From: Octopus sinensis
Lineage: Eukaryota
Assembly: GCF_006345805.1 (NCBI RefSeq)
Contig: NW_021833742.1
Span: 1-64,000, forward strand
Direction of reading: 5' to 3'
Length of the DNA: 64,000 nucleotides
The first letter of the stretch is position 1; every line of letters starts with the position of its first letter. The notes beneath the pieces were generated by a model that worked only from the letters and a program-made list of their open reading frames with translations, was not told the DNA's origin and searched no databases. A program made the position numbers and the translations under genes. This document shows, piece by piece, positions 42,536-55,936 of the stretch.

Positions 42536-43200
42536 AAAAGAGTAAAATATCGTGGAAAAGAACCCATAGTCATATCGAAAAAATTGGCAAATGGTGCCAG
42601 GATAAAGGCTTGTCTTTATCTTTTGAAAAAAGCACTGTTTGCTGGATTGGTGAAAGGAGAAGGAAACCGGATGTTTGTATTAACACCGGAGCGATAAAAC
42701 CCGTGGAGGATCTTAAATACCTCGGAATAGTTGTGGATGCAACTGGTTCATTCAAGATGTATATAAGAAAGAGAAAGAACAAGGCTACCCAAATGTTGAA
42801 AGCTCTGATGCAATTCCAGCTGAAACCGGAAACGTTCTTATACGTATACTCTGCGTGTATAGAACCCTCCTGATCTATGGATCTCAAGGATGGTTCGGAA
42901 GCTGCGAAGGAAAGAAACATATTGATCTTTTGGAGAAAACGCGGAGATATGCCATTAAACTGGCACATGGCTTGGACTTAAAATCCAAACTAACCCCAGA
43001 GCTGGAGGGATCGGTACGATCCATTGAAAAACTGTGCATCACTTAAATAAATAGTGGTGCAAGGGGTCGTTATTTTATCGAAGGGACATCTGGTGTCCCA
43101 TTAGAGTGACCCCAATCAGCAAACAAACTTGTTTCTTCCGTCTCCTTGGTTTCGTTTGGCTCTTCTCTCCCCCTTTTAATCTAGTGACGAGTTTGTTACA
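42536..43200 (+). pseudogene. 3' fragment of a Jockey/I-like LINE nested in the hAT
   Basis: KGLSLSFEKST, LKYLGI, LKPETFLYVY, LEKTRRYAIKLAHG; paralogous to 23577-24425. Confidence 0.8.
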
Positions 43201-43989
43201 TAGAAAATAAACAATTCAATAGTTCAAATAAAATAATTTAGCACGCTATATAGTATTTTGAGTGATGCCAAAACCCAAGTGTTCGTTGCTTAAGAAAGCC
43301 AAGCGTATAGTCTCAGAATTCAAAGATAAGTTTTGTATTGCTGACCATGGCCTTCTATTTTGTTCTCTTTGTTTATCCAAATTCAACTGTGCAAAAAAAT
43401 TTTCTGTCGATTCTCATCGTTCTTCTTTAAAACATCAGAACAATATGCGTATAAATGTAATACAATTATAGGTCATTCATGTGATTCAGTTCAAACAAGA
43501 TTAACTGAATCAATCAAAGTAGATTCGGTTAAAGAAACGATCACGGAAGCTTTTGTACATGCAAACATCCCGCTATACAAATTAAAAAATGATTCGATCA
43601 AAAAAATGTTTAAAACATTTAACATTAACACTCCGTCCGAATTTTCATGCAGAACTACGGTTAAATTTCTTGCACAAAAAAAGATAAATGAGTTGACAAA
43701 ATTATTAACGTATTAAAGTTTATTTTTTAACTTTTAGAAACGAAAAGATTTTTATAATAATTGATGAAACAGATATCCGAAGGATGCAAACCACTAGAAA
43801 ATCATGCCAATGCTGCTATCATCTGCCAAATAATAGATGACGTCATTAGAGAAATGAAGATTATTCGTGACAATTTTTATCTGTTAATCTCAGATGCCGC
43901 TCCTTATAATTTCTGGTGATATAAAAGTATCTAAATAAATAGGCGGTAAAACTTTAATGGTCATGTATAATAACATGCATCATGTGACC

Positions 43990-44508
43990 CAGGTGTTCTC
44001 AACCGGGGGCGAATCGCCCCCCTAGGGCGAAAATTTTGTACAGGGGGGATAATTTTGTACAGGGGCGATAATATATTTAATAAAAAATAAAATTTATATT
44101 TATTAAAAATTGTTTTAATAATATTTTTAATGGCAAGCCTAATAATTTAGACTCTAAGTGGATTTAGTTTTGTCAATCATAATACACAATGTGAAAAAAT
44201 AGACTGGAAGTGTGTTATAGAGGCGATATACGTTTAAAGTTGAGCAGAATTAAACCCGACATAGAATATTTAGCGAGTAAACATCAATATCAAGGGTCTC
44301 ACTAATAATTTTTAATAAAAATTCAATTTTTTACATTTGATTTATAATTTTATATTTTGATTTTTGAGTTATGTACAAAAAACAACCAATTAAGGGACAA
44401 TGCCCAAAAATTTTTAAATTGTATGTGGACAAGGGGGCGATAAAATTTCAAAGGGGGGCGACAAAATATCTAAGGGGGCGATGAACAAAAAAAGGTTGAG
44501 AATGCCTG
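43990..44508 (+). mobile_element. Non-autonomous Buster-type hAT nested in the hAT
   Basis: TIR CAGGTGTTCTCAACC / GGTTGAGAATGCCTG; GGGGCGA repeats as in the 15281 element; remnant RGDIRLKLSRIKPDI..HQYQGSH*; TSD only partly conserved. Confidence 0.82.
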
Positions 44509-45203
44509 ATGTAAATAATCCCGATATTAAGTTGAAATTAACGGAGATAAAATTTTAATGTTATTTTTATTATTTTGGCGCCTGGGGATCATATCGAACA
44601 CAGAGAGAGGATGCGTAGTCTGATTGGGAATGTCGGGATCACCTAATTAATCTTGTTTTCTGGCCTGACGGTGCTCTTGTTTTTTAAATAAATAAATTTT
44701 TATTATTTTAAGTTATAGATTTTACAATTTAATGCTAGATTTGATCATTTAAGTGCTAATTTTTTAAATTATAAATGCTAGATTTAGCGCTAAAAATTTT
44801 TTTTAAGTGCTAGAAAAAAATTGCCCTACTGATAAGAATTCATTAATCCTCTTATCTACATCGATATTATTCAGTCATGATTATTTGTGTTTTAATTTTA
44901 TACATTACACAAAGTTGAAGTCACCAGACCGTATCACGTGGATACAATTGGTACCTTTCTCATTTTTTCAATTTTGATCTGTTGTAAATCTTCAAAGATA
45001 CTACTGGAATTTTACTAAACAAAATTGATTTTTCTTTTTATTACAAAAAATTCGGATTCTGTAAATCGACTGAATCATTCAACGCTATAGATTTCGCTTA
45101 ATGATATTTGGATTTTCTTCATTTTTAAGGCCAAATTCTCGACAGAAGTGAATTTCTATTTATATTAGTACTTAATTGTGTTTCCTCAAACGATTTCCTT
45201 TAG

Positions 45204-45312
45204 AGAAGATGAGGAAGAAGGGGAGGAGGTGCGTGGAGTGCCACCTTCTGCTCACTTCGAAGGCTCTGGACTTAGTAAAATTACTTAGTTAATTAGTTTC
45301 TTTTTTAATAAA
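45204..45312 (+). mobile_element. About 110-bp 3'-end copy of R4-like element B
   Basis: Nearly identical to the reverse complement of about 15447-15560, ending TTAATAAA. Confidence 0.88.
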
Positions 45313-45769
45313 CGGTAAGTTTTAAAAATCACTTTTAAGTTTATGTCAAAAAAAATCCCAAGAGTATACTTGCAATCCCAAAAGTAGCTGGAAACAGAAA
45401 AAAACTTTTTTAGTAACTAAATATACATTGATGTTTGTCAAAGTGTTATTATCATTTAATTGATTGATCCGGTATGACATAAATAAAATAATTATTGAAA
45501 CATTTCTAAAATCTTATTTAAATAACGTGACCTATAAAACCCCTAGAATTCCTGTTTTAGAATGAAAATAATAATTTTTTTCAATAAATTAAAAACAACC
45601 AACACGACTCTAATGACTTCGAATGATTTTAAATTGTGGTTTATTGACCACAGAAGTTGCAGAAAAGAGTGTTTATCATACCGCAAATATTGATTCTTGT
45701 TTTTAATTGAATTGATTGCGTTTTTTAATTTATATATAATGCTATATAAGTGCAATTATCCACTAATTG

Positions 45770-48521
45770 ATGATATTCTTGTCTCGATTCCTGACATTTA
45801 TACTTTTTAATACAATTTGTTCAGGTTTTTTATTTGGTTCAAATAAAATAATTAATTGACACTTATTTTATAGAAGAATTAAATTGCAGTCAAATTTTCG
45901 ATTGTTCATCGTGCATATCTTTTGGGTGTTCATGGTGTGGTCAGGTTGATTATATTTAAATAAGATTTAAAGGATAATTACACGGACATACGATGTTTCC
46001 CCATTTCTCGTGACTCTAATAATTGCAATAACACAATAAATAATACAAGCTATGCTATAATAACTGTATTTATAAAATATTTTATTTCATTAGAATAATA
46101 TTGATGCAAATTCGGGTCAGTTATATACTGAAACAATTAAACTAAATCTCAGACCAAGTTTATATAATTGTTAATATTAGTGAAGATTCCGTACTTACAA
46201 CGAAAATCAAAGTTCTCAGTAGTAATTCCTCTAAACTTGACGTGTATTTTCTGGTCGATGGGAGTAAGTCATTAAGTGAAGGTCGCCTTACTATTGCTTC
46301 AAAATTGTCACTAGCCCGTATTCACTTAAAATTAACTTTTTAAAGTAAATAAATTAAATTCTGATGTGTTTACTCATATTCGAGTTGGAATGGGGATTTT
46401 CGATGATAAACCGACTCTACCCTTTACTGATGATTCTCGTTTGAAGTAAATTTAGTGCTTAATTCCATTTTAGAGCTGGGGGTGGCTGTGGAGGTGATAT
46501 CTGCTATTTTGGATATTCTTATTACAATGCTATGTCTCTGAACAACCAGACTTATGATTTTTCAGTATATAACTTAATATCTTAACTGTGATTTAGCAAA
46601 AATTAAACACTTTGCCTTCTGGAAGTCGAATGTCTGACTCCAATGGAGGATTCGATGCTTTACTTCAAGCAATGACGTGTGAAGTAATCAAATTATATAG
46701 CCAATATTAGTCTCAAATTGGTTGGTCGGATCCAACAAGAATAATAGTATATCTCTCAAACTCACTTCCACGGACAGCCGGGGAAGGACAGGTATGAATG
46801 ATGAGTAAGTATAATAGTTGGGATATATTTTAACAACCAATGACCGAAAGTGTCATTTAGTGGATTCAAAATATGATAATTATTCACTTTTACAAGTTAG
46901 GGTTGCGTGATTGATTTTTAAACAGGACTATCCCTCTGTTGAGGATATTGCACTACTCTCAAGGGAAGGGCGATTTCGAATATTGTTTGTAGTCAATTCT
47001 ACTTTTGCTGATTTTTATAAACAAATCAGTGAAAATATTCCTGGCAGTCATTTGGTTACATTTGACAATAATATTAGTAAACTAGATATACTTACTAGTC
47101 TGAAAGTATGTACTTTGTTTTAATATAGATTTTAATAAATTCAATTTCGCTTGATTTGGGTCCATATAATAACAAATATAATGTCAAACTACGTTGTCCG
47201 AATACTGAACTACATTCTTTTCCTGTAACGTGCTTAGCATCAAAATGGAAACAATTTGAAGTCGAAATGACTGGTGAATATTCCTTAAAAGAAGAAACCT
47301 CTAACTTTTTGGAAACATTTGGAATTCCTTCAACTATCAAATTTGTAGTTGAACAAAAATTTTCCCGTTCTTGTCAAGTGACCAGTCATTACTCACAATT
47401 AGATAAGGAACGAAACTTATTTGACAAATGAAGTTTGTAACGAAGGAACTACATGTCAATACAATGACACTCTTTCTTTAATAAATGAATGCATAAAGTT
47501 AACATTTGACTTTTTTAATTGCCTAGACCTGGTAGCCAGTTAGTATGTTCAGGGAGAGGAATATGTATAAATGGGAAGTGTGAATGCGTTAACAACTTCA
47601 CTGATTTATCTGATAATTTGGCTAATAATATTGCAAATGACAAATATTGCGAGATAGCTACTGGATGTTCAAGGTATAAAGGAGAACTATGTGGAGGTAA
47701 GTCTATTAAGCAACATTTTAGGCAATGGAAGATGCATTAATGGCAAATGTTTTTGTAACCCTGGATACACTGGACCCGATTGTGGCTGTAGTAACAGCAT
47801 TGATAATTGTATGACGCCACGAACAGACTTACTTGGAGAATATGTAATTATTTATTACTTTACTTTAAATTAGCAAATTTGCAGCGGAGTTGGTCAATGT
47901 GTTTGTGGAAAATGTCAGTGTACTGACGACTCTTTGATGGAAGGTTCAAAATGTGAGATCACTAACAAGGTTTTAAGTCGATATTCAATCTAAGAACTAT
48001 TTTTCTTTGTGTGCTTTTCACCAAAAATGTGTGATGTGTATTGTCAGCGGGAATACGACTTGTGATTCAATTTGTAATGCAAATATGGAGACGATTGTGT
48101 CTTACAGAAACGAATTAGACCAATACAATTGCTTTGTAAATATGCCCAATAAGTGTCGTGTACAATACAGTGTTTTTGTATTGACGAATGGGAAGCATTC
48201 TGTTTTTTTACAGGAGGAGAATGGTTATTTTTCATTTGATTAGTGCAGGCTGCCACTTTCGAAAAACCTCGAGAGTTATTTGGGAGGCTACTTTAGTCGT
48301 GATTGCATGGTTTTTACTAGGAATTGTCGTTTCAATTATTTTACGTTGTCGCGCTATACAAGTTAATAAAGAAGAGTGCGAGAAATTTGTAAATGACAGT
48401 AAAGATATTGTGTGGAAGGTATAATAGTATTATTTATGTTAAGGATGTTCTAACACATACAGATAGTCAATATTCTGATTTTAGAGGTCACAATTATTAT
48501 ATTGGTGAAAATAATCTTTAA
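45770..48521 (+). CDS. Divergent integrin beta subunit (multi-exon)
   Basis: Signal peptide, PSI (CSSCISFGCSWC), betaI domain (LDVYFLVDGSKS, FDDKPTLPF, GGFDALLQAMTC, IGW, QDYPSV), I-EGF repeats (CSGRGICINGKCEC, CSGVGQCVCGKCQC), TM helix and short tail; stop at 48521. Confidence 0.92.
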
Positions 48522-49304
48522 TAAATTTCTCAAAGTTGCAGATAATAAAATTACATGTAAATGACGGAAGAAGATATGTATCCTGTATATATAGGAATTG
48601 TAGGTGTTTTTGAACAATCATATATCTACCTTTAAAGTTTATAGAAAGATTTGTATTCTAGTAGGTCTGAATGATGAAGCAAAGCATCACTTCTAATTCT
48701 TTCTAACAAATTGAACTGATTTAGTAATCGAAATCTATAATGGCTTCGAAATCAGTAATTTTGACGATTTGTGCTCTCAAGTTTTAATCAATGTCAAACA
48801 TCACAAATTTTACATGCTAGCCTCCTTTGTAATTTGGTATAGCTCGGAACTTGTAAACTCGCACTTTTTTTTTGTAAATCACCTGAAGTTACAATTAAAA
48901 TAACAATGCATGCACCGCATTAATAATTAACTTAGGTGTCCAAATTAAAATTATTTTTACCTTCTGGTTTGCTCTCACTATTATTTTCGAGAATTATTTA
49001 TCTTACAAGACTTTACTCTCAATGAAAATTAAATTCTAAAAGTTGTTTTTAATAAAAATTTAACTTTAAAACTTGCATTTCAATATGTAAAAAATGTATC
49101 TTTTAGATAAAATAAAAAATTTCAATAATTTTGATCATCGGCTTAAAAATTCATCTATTTACGCTTGGGCTTGGACATGTGTCAGTCCCAATTTTGTTAG
49201 TGGGGGTGGGGGTCCACAATTTTGTCGACCAGTCGTGCAAGAAGAGTACTAGTAGAATACCTTGCCAAACTCAACTCAATGACGTTGCCAGGAAGGCCTT
49301 AGAA

Positions 49305-49639
49305 CAGTGTTTCTTAACTTGGTCCCCAGAAATATGTTTAGGACAGTTAATTTTTATGAATAGAAAAATTATATATTCATTTGTCTTGGCAATGTCTTGT
49401 CTTGTTATTCTGAAAAGTAAAGTTCGTAACTGACGTAAGGTTGAAGACGATACCAACACTGTACCAAAAATTAAACAGCTAGTTTCTGAGAAGCAGGATA
49501 AAAAATCACACTAGCTCTAAATACTATGATTTTTTAATTTTGTTAGCTTTTTTAATTAAATTGTTTTGTTACTGGTGGTCCCCAGAAAAATTCAACAGAC
49601 TAAAGTGGTCCCCAGTCAAAAAAAGCTTATAAAACACTG
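49305..49639 (+). mobile_element. Non-autonomous Buster-type hAT
   Basis: Ends CAGTGTTTCTTAAC / CTTATAAAACACTG; imperfect TSD CCTTAGAA/CTTTAGAG; TGGTCCCCAG repeats; remnant LKSKVRN..PKIKQLVSEKQDKKSH*. Confidence 0.8.
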
Positions 49640-50625
49640 CTTTAGAGTCAGCTGATTTCTCTTCTACTCTAGAGTCAATCGGCCTTTTTCGGAGCGACGG
49701 AAAGCGTTCTGACGTGATAAAGATTTTTCCTTTCAGGAAAGGCAATTCCCTGATTTGAAATGCCACCTGCATAGACTCTTTTTTGGCGACGATTCTTCCC
49801 AAGACTTGCAGCATCCCGGGCTCAGTCACTGCTTAGGTTGAAGAGTCAAAGATGTGTATTCCGGACGCTTTGGAATTTGTCCCCTTGCCTTTGAAACCTC
49901 AGGAATTTTCGGCAGGGCTGCGAATTAATTCATCACCGACATTAATAGGAGAATCTCTTCGAAAACAAATGACCAGAGGGAGATGAACTGGTTCTTTCAG
50001 CAATTTTCGGTCGCTGAACTCTTCGGAAATTGGCTTAAGCTCTCGACTATCTATTCAACCAATTACCCTGGCTAGCATCTAAATTTGTTTTTGTTATAAT
50101 TTGAATGCTAAATAATTCATTATAATTAAGTTTTTAGCGTCATTTTAATTAAAAAATGGTTTCGTCCAAATGATATTATAGTCTCAATGCTTAGGTTACG
50201 TAAAAATAATAGTGAATACCAAAATCTTGTAAATGTACTACTCCAACATTTAGTAAGAAACTACATCTAAATTTGAAAAATATTAACTTATGAAAAAAGC
50301 GAATCAATTTATGATAATTGATGATCGGTATATTCAATTCCTGCCTTTTCAGGGGATTTAAACCTTGTTCATTTACTTGATTTATTTATCAATTCACGTT
50401 CCTGTCTTCCTAATTAAGCTACGTAAGATGTCTCTTTTTAAAAATATTTAGAATGTTATTCATTTAGAAAATTAATAAAACGATATTAATGATCAAAAAG
50501 TGGTTGGTTAAAATATATTTTTATTGAATGTAAATTTTTTAACATCAAAATCTGTGAAAAACTTACAAAAACATATTTTATTGACCAAGAATAAATATAG
50601 ATGTTTAAAATTGAATTAATTAGAT

Positions 50626-52648
50626 TCAATAAGTCCACAAGGTAAGATCACCATTGAGGTCTGTAGAAATAAGTTGATCACTATTAGGAGACCATGCGAC
50701 AGATGATATCCCATCGCTATGAATATAATGCGTCTAATCACAACCTCTTGAGAGGCCCTGTATGTTCAAACTGAGTGACTAATTTTGCTGTATCTGCTTC
50801 CCAAATAAAAACAGAACCATTATCTGCTCCAGCGGCAACGTAACGGTTGCAAGGACTAAAAAATTTTAAATAAAATTAATATTTCCTGACCTGATACTTG
50901 GTTTTGAAAAAGGGAAGTCTACAAAATACTTATCAGAACTAAAAAACGGTTAAATCAAAAAAAACGCAAATGTTTGGACAATCTCCCATTTGCGCATATC
51001 AATTTTAACCAAATTCCTCCCTTGTAAGGAGCAAATTACATGATTATCTAAAATTAGCAATATAATGCAACCAGAGCACAAAGCAGCCCCAGTGATTCTA
51101 GTATCCAATTTAGTGTGTGTCATTTGTTTGTCATAACCCTCTCTTGTATCCCATTCTCTCAAGGTTTTATCAAAATGAGAGGTCATGACAACTTCAGTTG
51201 GAAAAGGGAGAATATCAACTACAGAAGAACCAGAATGAATGCTACAAATGTCTAATCAAGTTAACAAGTTATCAAATACTTGTTCTTTTTTCGACATCAA
51301 ATAGTTTGAGTATACGGCAACCAGAAATCATTTTTTTGGTCATTGAATTCGATTTTATAAACGCAACAGCCATAACTTTTGAATAATGATGATTCGTGAA
51401 CTGAATCGTAAATAATTAAATTCAAAACCAAAGATTTGTTGGTTAAAAGGCTCCACGCAGGTACACTCAGGTCATTAGAAGATGCGGCAAGATAATTATT
51501 CTCAGCATCAACAGCCACACAATTAGCACTGAGACTGCAGATACTATAGTGCCTATTTTCAACTAAAATATCTAAAGGATAACAAATTTTTCCTATATTA
51601 CTGTTGGAAACTTTGAAACTATTTACAGATCCATTAGCATAGCTGGCAAATACCATTTTGTTAGAGAAAACTGCATGATTTGCAGCACATTTATGCAATT
51701 TCTACAATGTTGTTATTGAAAAATAAAAAATTACAATTTTAGAGCTATTTTTCATTTTATCTGGAATTTTTGGTTTATTTCTAATAATCAGACATAATAA
51801 TCTCACTCAAAATCACACATTTCTTGTTTTGTGTTATCGGAAATTCTAATATTTATTATAAAACGATAAACGAAAATGATGTGGCTGATTTTTTTCTGAT
51901 TGCTTCGTCGGCTTTAATATCTTGTATCATAATCTGATAATTAGCAATATCCTGAGCTTTTCTGTCGAGACATTCTTGCAATTTGAATTTATCCGACTCT
52001 AATTCCTACAAAAATTCAATTAAAATTTTGACGGAATAAATTTGTTGATTTCTTATCAGCTGGTTTGAAAGTGTTTCTGTTTCAGTTTTTAGTTCTTCGT
52101 TGAGGCACGTAATTTCTCCCAATCTAAAGATAAAACATTATTCGCAATACTCTTCACAAATGCGAGTCAACTGTTCCTCTTGTTTCTCAAAAACAATTTT
52201 ATTCTCCGCAACGGTTATTTCTTTTTCTTTGTTTAAAGCTTCTATTTTATTATGTAGTTCAATTATTTGTTTAGAAAACTATATCTATAATTAGTTTATC
52301 TAACCACAATGTTTTCTTGTTTCAATTCTGATTCACTTTTCTGAAGTGCTTGATAATCATCTTTATTTACACTTTATCAATATTTACTACAAATTTACTT
52401 TTTTGATATAAAATTTTCTAAATCTTCCACTTTTAATGTAAGTTGTGAGTTGATAATTTGTAGGTTTTCTATATTAATTCTATTTTCGGCAATAATACTG
52501 ATCGCATGATTATCTGCAAAAGTAATAAATACATTTTCATACAATTTTCTACAACAGTCGAATATGTTTCATTTACAGATTTTCTTTGAGCAATTAAACG
52601 AGAGAATAATAATCTTGCATTTTCTGCATCACATTCAAAGTTTATCAT
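50626..52648 (-). CDS. ATG16L: Autophagy protein ATG16-like (N-terminal helix, coiled coil, WD40 propeller; multi-exon)
   Basis: N-terminus ARLLFSRLIAQRKSVNETYSTVVENYN, long coiled coil, WD repeats YLAASSND..W, TSHFDKTLREWD, SPCNRYVAAGADNGSVFIW, ISSVAWSP; architecture and motifs match ATG16L1. Confidence 0.8.
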
Positions 52649-52769
52649 ATTTCAAATAAGCAATGATTTTAAATTAAATTCAAATTTTTAATGTAGTTTT
52701 ATTAATTTAATAGATCAAATTTTTAGTTCATTTTTAATATTATTAAAAACTACCACTGCGGATATCGTC

Positions 52770-53160
52770 AGGAGTGACAGATGGCGATGCACTATTTATA
52801 AAAAAAATTAAAAGACACACGACCATCCTCGTTATCGAAATGTCTAAAGCCTTCGATTGGGTCCATTGTCATGACATACTTATCGAGGTCCTACAAAGTT
52901 TTCTGGATAATGAAGAAATGAGAATGATACTGTTTGGTAAGACAGAATAATCAGTTCATATTGAATCGTCTTTCTAAGGGCGGTTCAAAACGAATGTCGG
53001 CACACTCTAAAAGACTCTCTATCGTCTCGGCTGCATGTAATCTACCTTGAACCCGCGCCGACAGATGTGAGAACTTTCTACGATAGCTCTGTCACCGAAA
53101 TTGTCTATGTGGACGACGTTGACTTCGCTTCAGGTAACGCTCTAATCGAAAAATTCTCAG
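52770..53160 (+). pseudogene. Decayed RTE-like RT fragment
   Basis: IEMSKAFD, TNVGT, VYVDDVDF; same family as 25250 and 41280. Confidence 0.7.
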
Positions 53161-53380
53161 AATACACTTAATAGATAATTTCTCATAATCAACATATCTA
53201 AAACCGAATTCACTGCGAAAAAACGCATAGACACCAGAGTTTGCAAAACTTGTAGAAATGTACGAGAGAACGAAGACATTATTCGCGAAGGTTGCTGGCT
53301 GAATAGAATAGTCATAAAAGAATTTAAATCGATTATATAAGCTGTTAAAAAAATTAATAAATATTTTGTAAGAAAAAAAT

Positions 53381-53452
53381 TAGCGGAACGAGGTTTCGAT
53401 CCTCGGACCTCTGGGTTATGGGCCCAGCGCGCTCCCACTGCGCCATTCCGCT
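53381..53452 (-). tRNA. Initiator tRNA-Met (CAT)
   Basis: AGCGGAATGGCGCAGTGGGAGCGCGCTGGGCCCATAACCCAGAGGTCCGAGGATCGAAACCTCGTTCCGCTA: A1:U72 pair, GGG/CCC anticodon stem, ATCG in place of TTCG in the T-loop; T-run Pol III terminator follows. Confidence 0.97.
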
Positions 53453-53779
53453 GTTAGAAACATGACATTAGAGGACGCATGAAGCTGCCTTTATTGCCAG
53501 ACAATGGGCTGATGCGGTCAAAAAAGAATAATAGCGCACTATCGTTAGGGATATCCGCCTTAAAAACCAATACGATTTGGGACGTCGCCTGTGATTGTAG
53601 ATCTCCTGATTGACATTGATTGCCTTTCATCCCAAGGAACCGGAAGTCTTAACTGGAAATGTAATTGTTAATGAACGCTTTGGTCATCTACTATCTTCAT
53701 ATCCGCACTGGTATTGGCCAAGTACACACGACTGATGCCAACGATCTCCGGATCCTCCATGCTATCAAATGCTATTAAG

Positions 53780-54230
53780 ACTGATTTTCATATTAAACAT
53801 TCCACACGCATTCGTTTATTAACTGCCTTAGATCTTTAGACAGCCACGTCGGCTTGTTTCTCCCGTAAAACTTTATTGACATGCCCAAATTACTGTACTC
53901 CCACGCACCATGTTATGAATGGGGACATTCTTACTGTTCTTGGGAACTCACTTCGTTCGAAGATTGAATCTATATGCAATGTCGAATTTGAAGATAGAGC
54001 CAAACATCACTCTCTATACACCACGGATATCTCGGACTCCAGTGCCCGAATGATGTCATACTGTTTGCATATTTTTCGTCACTTTCTTCATACCAGAAAC
54101 TTATGACCACGGTTCTCTCAACTGATTTTGAACATTACGTGTCATCTGAGTCATCATTTTGGCGGTCCTCAAGTTGTTCCTTACATCCATCGATCAACAT
54201 CGTTTGACCTGCTTTGAGACGACCTGTCGT
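53780..54230 (-). pseudogene. Decayed LINE C-terminal fragment
   Basis: FGHV..GRNKPTW-like motifs typical of RTE-type C-termini; heavily mutated. Confidence 0.45.
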
Positions 54231-55936
54231 CTATAAATAATTTTTGCTATTTATTTGTAGGTTTCTTAAATGTTTTAATTATTATAAATCGTGGAATAGC
54301 TATGTAGTTTTACTTTGTTGTGAAATAAATAATCAAACGATATATTAAATATTTTTGATTGACATTGTATAAGTACATGAAAATAATTATATATTATACA
54401 AGTATGCCAATTTGCTCAGCATGGTTCCAATTTTGATAGTAATCTCAAGTATTTTCATTAAAACAAATTTGATCTGAAAATTATTAATTATATTTAATAA
54501 GCATGTTAGATGTATTAATAATGTGTTTTAAAATATTTTATGAATAACCTCTTGAAATCTATTTAATTAATATATAATTTCTTTTTCGAAGATGAATAAT
54601 CAAATTCAATATAATTTTGTAATCAAAAAACAATAGATTTTTTAAAAATATAGCATGATATGTTTTGAAAAAATTAAAATGTGTTCAAGTAATCATACAA
54701 TTTAATTGAATTTAAAGAATAAAATAATGATCGTTTATGAAAAGTATTAAAAAGTGTGGTTAATAAAAACTCGTTTCTATTTATCCAAATACATGTTTTT
54801 TTCAGGTTGATTTGAAATTAACTCACTTTATGAAAATAATTCAACAAATTTTGATAAAAAATATTTAAAAAATCTTAACTGATTTTTAAATCACGTGCTG
54901 CGCTCAATAAAATTACATCCGTTAATGTCTTTTTTAATTTATGGATTTCCTCTATAATAATTGAGCGGAAACCTTTCATCATCTTTTTAATGTAATGTCT
55001 AAGTAAAGGGTCATTTGATACTATGCTAAAAAAGTTCTCCATTCTTGACATTAAAGCATCAAAAATAGAATTTATTTCATGTTATGAAGATGAAATTATT
55101 TCAATTTTTATTACTGAGCTAATTTTATAATTATGTCAGCTTGTTTAAATTACAGATGAGTTTATTGTTTTATTAGATAATATTCTATTCGACACTGGCT
55201 TTGTATAAATAACAGAATAAATATATTTTAGGTTAAACTCAATTTTTGTTAGAATTAAACATTTAAATTCTTCTCTTATGTGTCCCATGAGAACCAATAT
55301 TAAATTCATTTTATATTGATTTAATATACAAGTTTATCTAAAACCATCAGATTCAACGATAAAAAGTATTTTTAAGAAATTTCTAATTCAAACTAAAATA
55401 TTACTTTCAGACGCCGCGTAAACTGCCGCAATAATATAATACAGAATTTTCTACGTTAATCTGCACTATTTCTAAAACTAATCACTGCACAGTAAGATTC
55501 AATTGTTTCTATGCACCTTGCTGATTTCCCGTCTAATTTTTTATTCGAAGCAAGTTAGTATAATATGAGTGGTCAAGGCAGCACGGGCTTGCACAATTTT
55601 TATATAACGATTTATTATTTGATGCATAGCTAGATTTAAATTTATTGAAAATTAAGCGATCGCTGTGTTTTAGCTGTGAAAAATTTTGAAGATTTTAAGT
55701 GTTATCAGAGTTAAGTAGAGTGGGCGTTTGAAATGTCTTTTCGTTTGATATAAACTTTTTATGATTTTAAAGTACTAATAATTTGAAGAACCCCTAGAAA
55801 GATAAAGACTAGCCGCTTTAAAATTACCTAAAGTAGTGCACTAATTATTGAGTGTGTTCCCTATAACCGGAAAAGGGCAATCTTTATTTATTTTTCAGAC
55901 TTTTTAATTTACTAATAACTCTAGAACGCAAGAACT

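Larger units (their letters stand above)
42330..44828 (+). mobile_element. Second TAGGGCAATT-type hAT (decayed, three mini-introns, nested insertions)
   Basis: TIR TAGGGCAATT / AATTGCCCTA; TSD CTGATAAG on both sides; AATGCTA subterminal repeats; CSLC..H..H, ANIPLYKL, IDET, ISDAAPY; introns 43449-43471, 43710-43737, 43916-43942. Confidence 0.88.

Noticed and set aside
49150-50060. GC-richer segment flanking the hAT MITE as a host gene
   Set aside because: Multiple stops and no clear motifs; it may be a decayed retrotransposon N-terminus, but this could not be supported.
53157-53438. 93-aa ORF MGARWAHNPEV...
   Set aside because: It is a translation of the tRNA-iMet gene and its flank.
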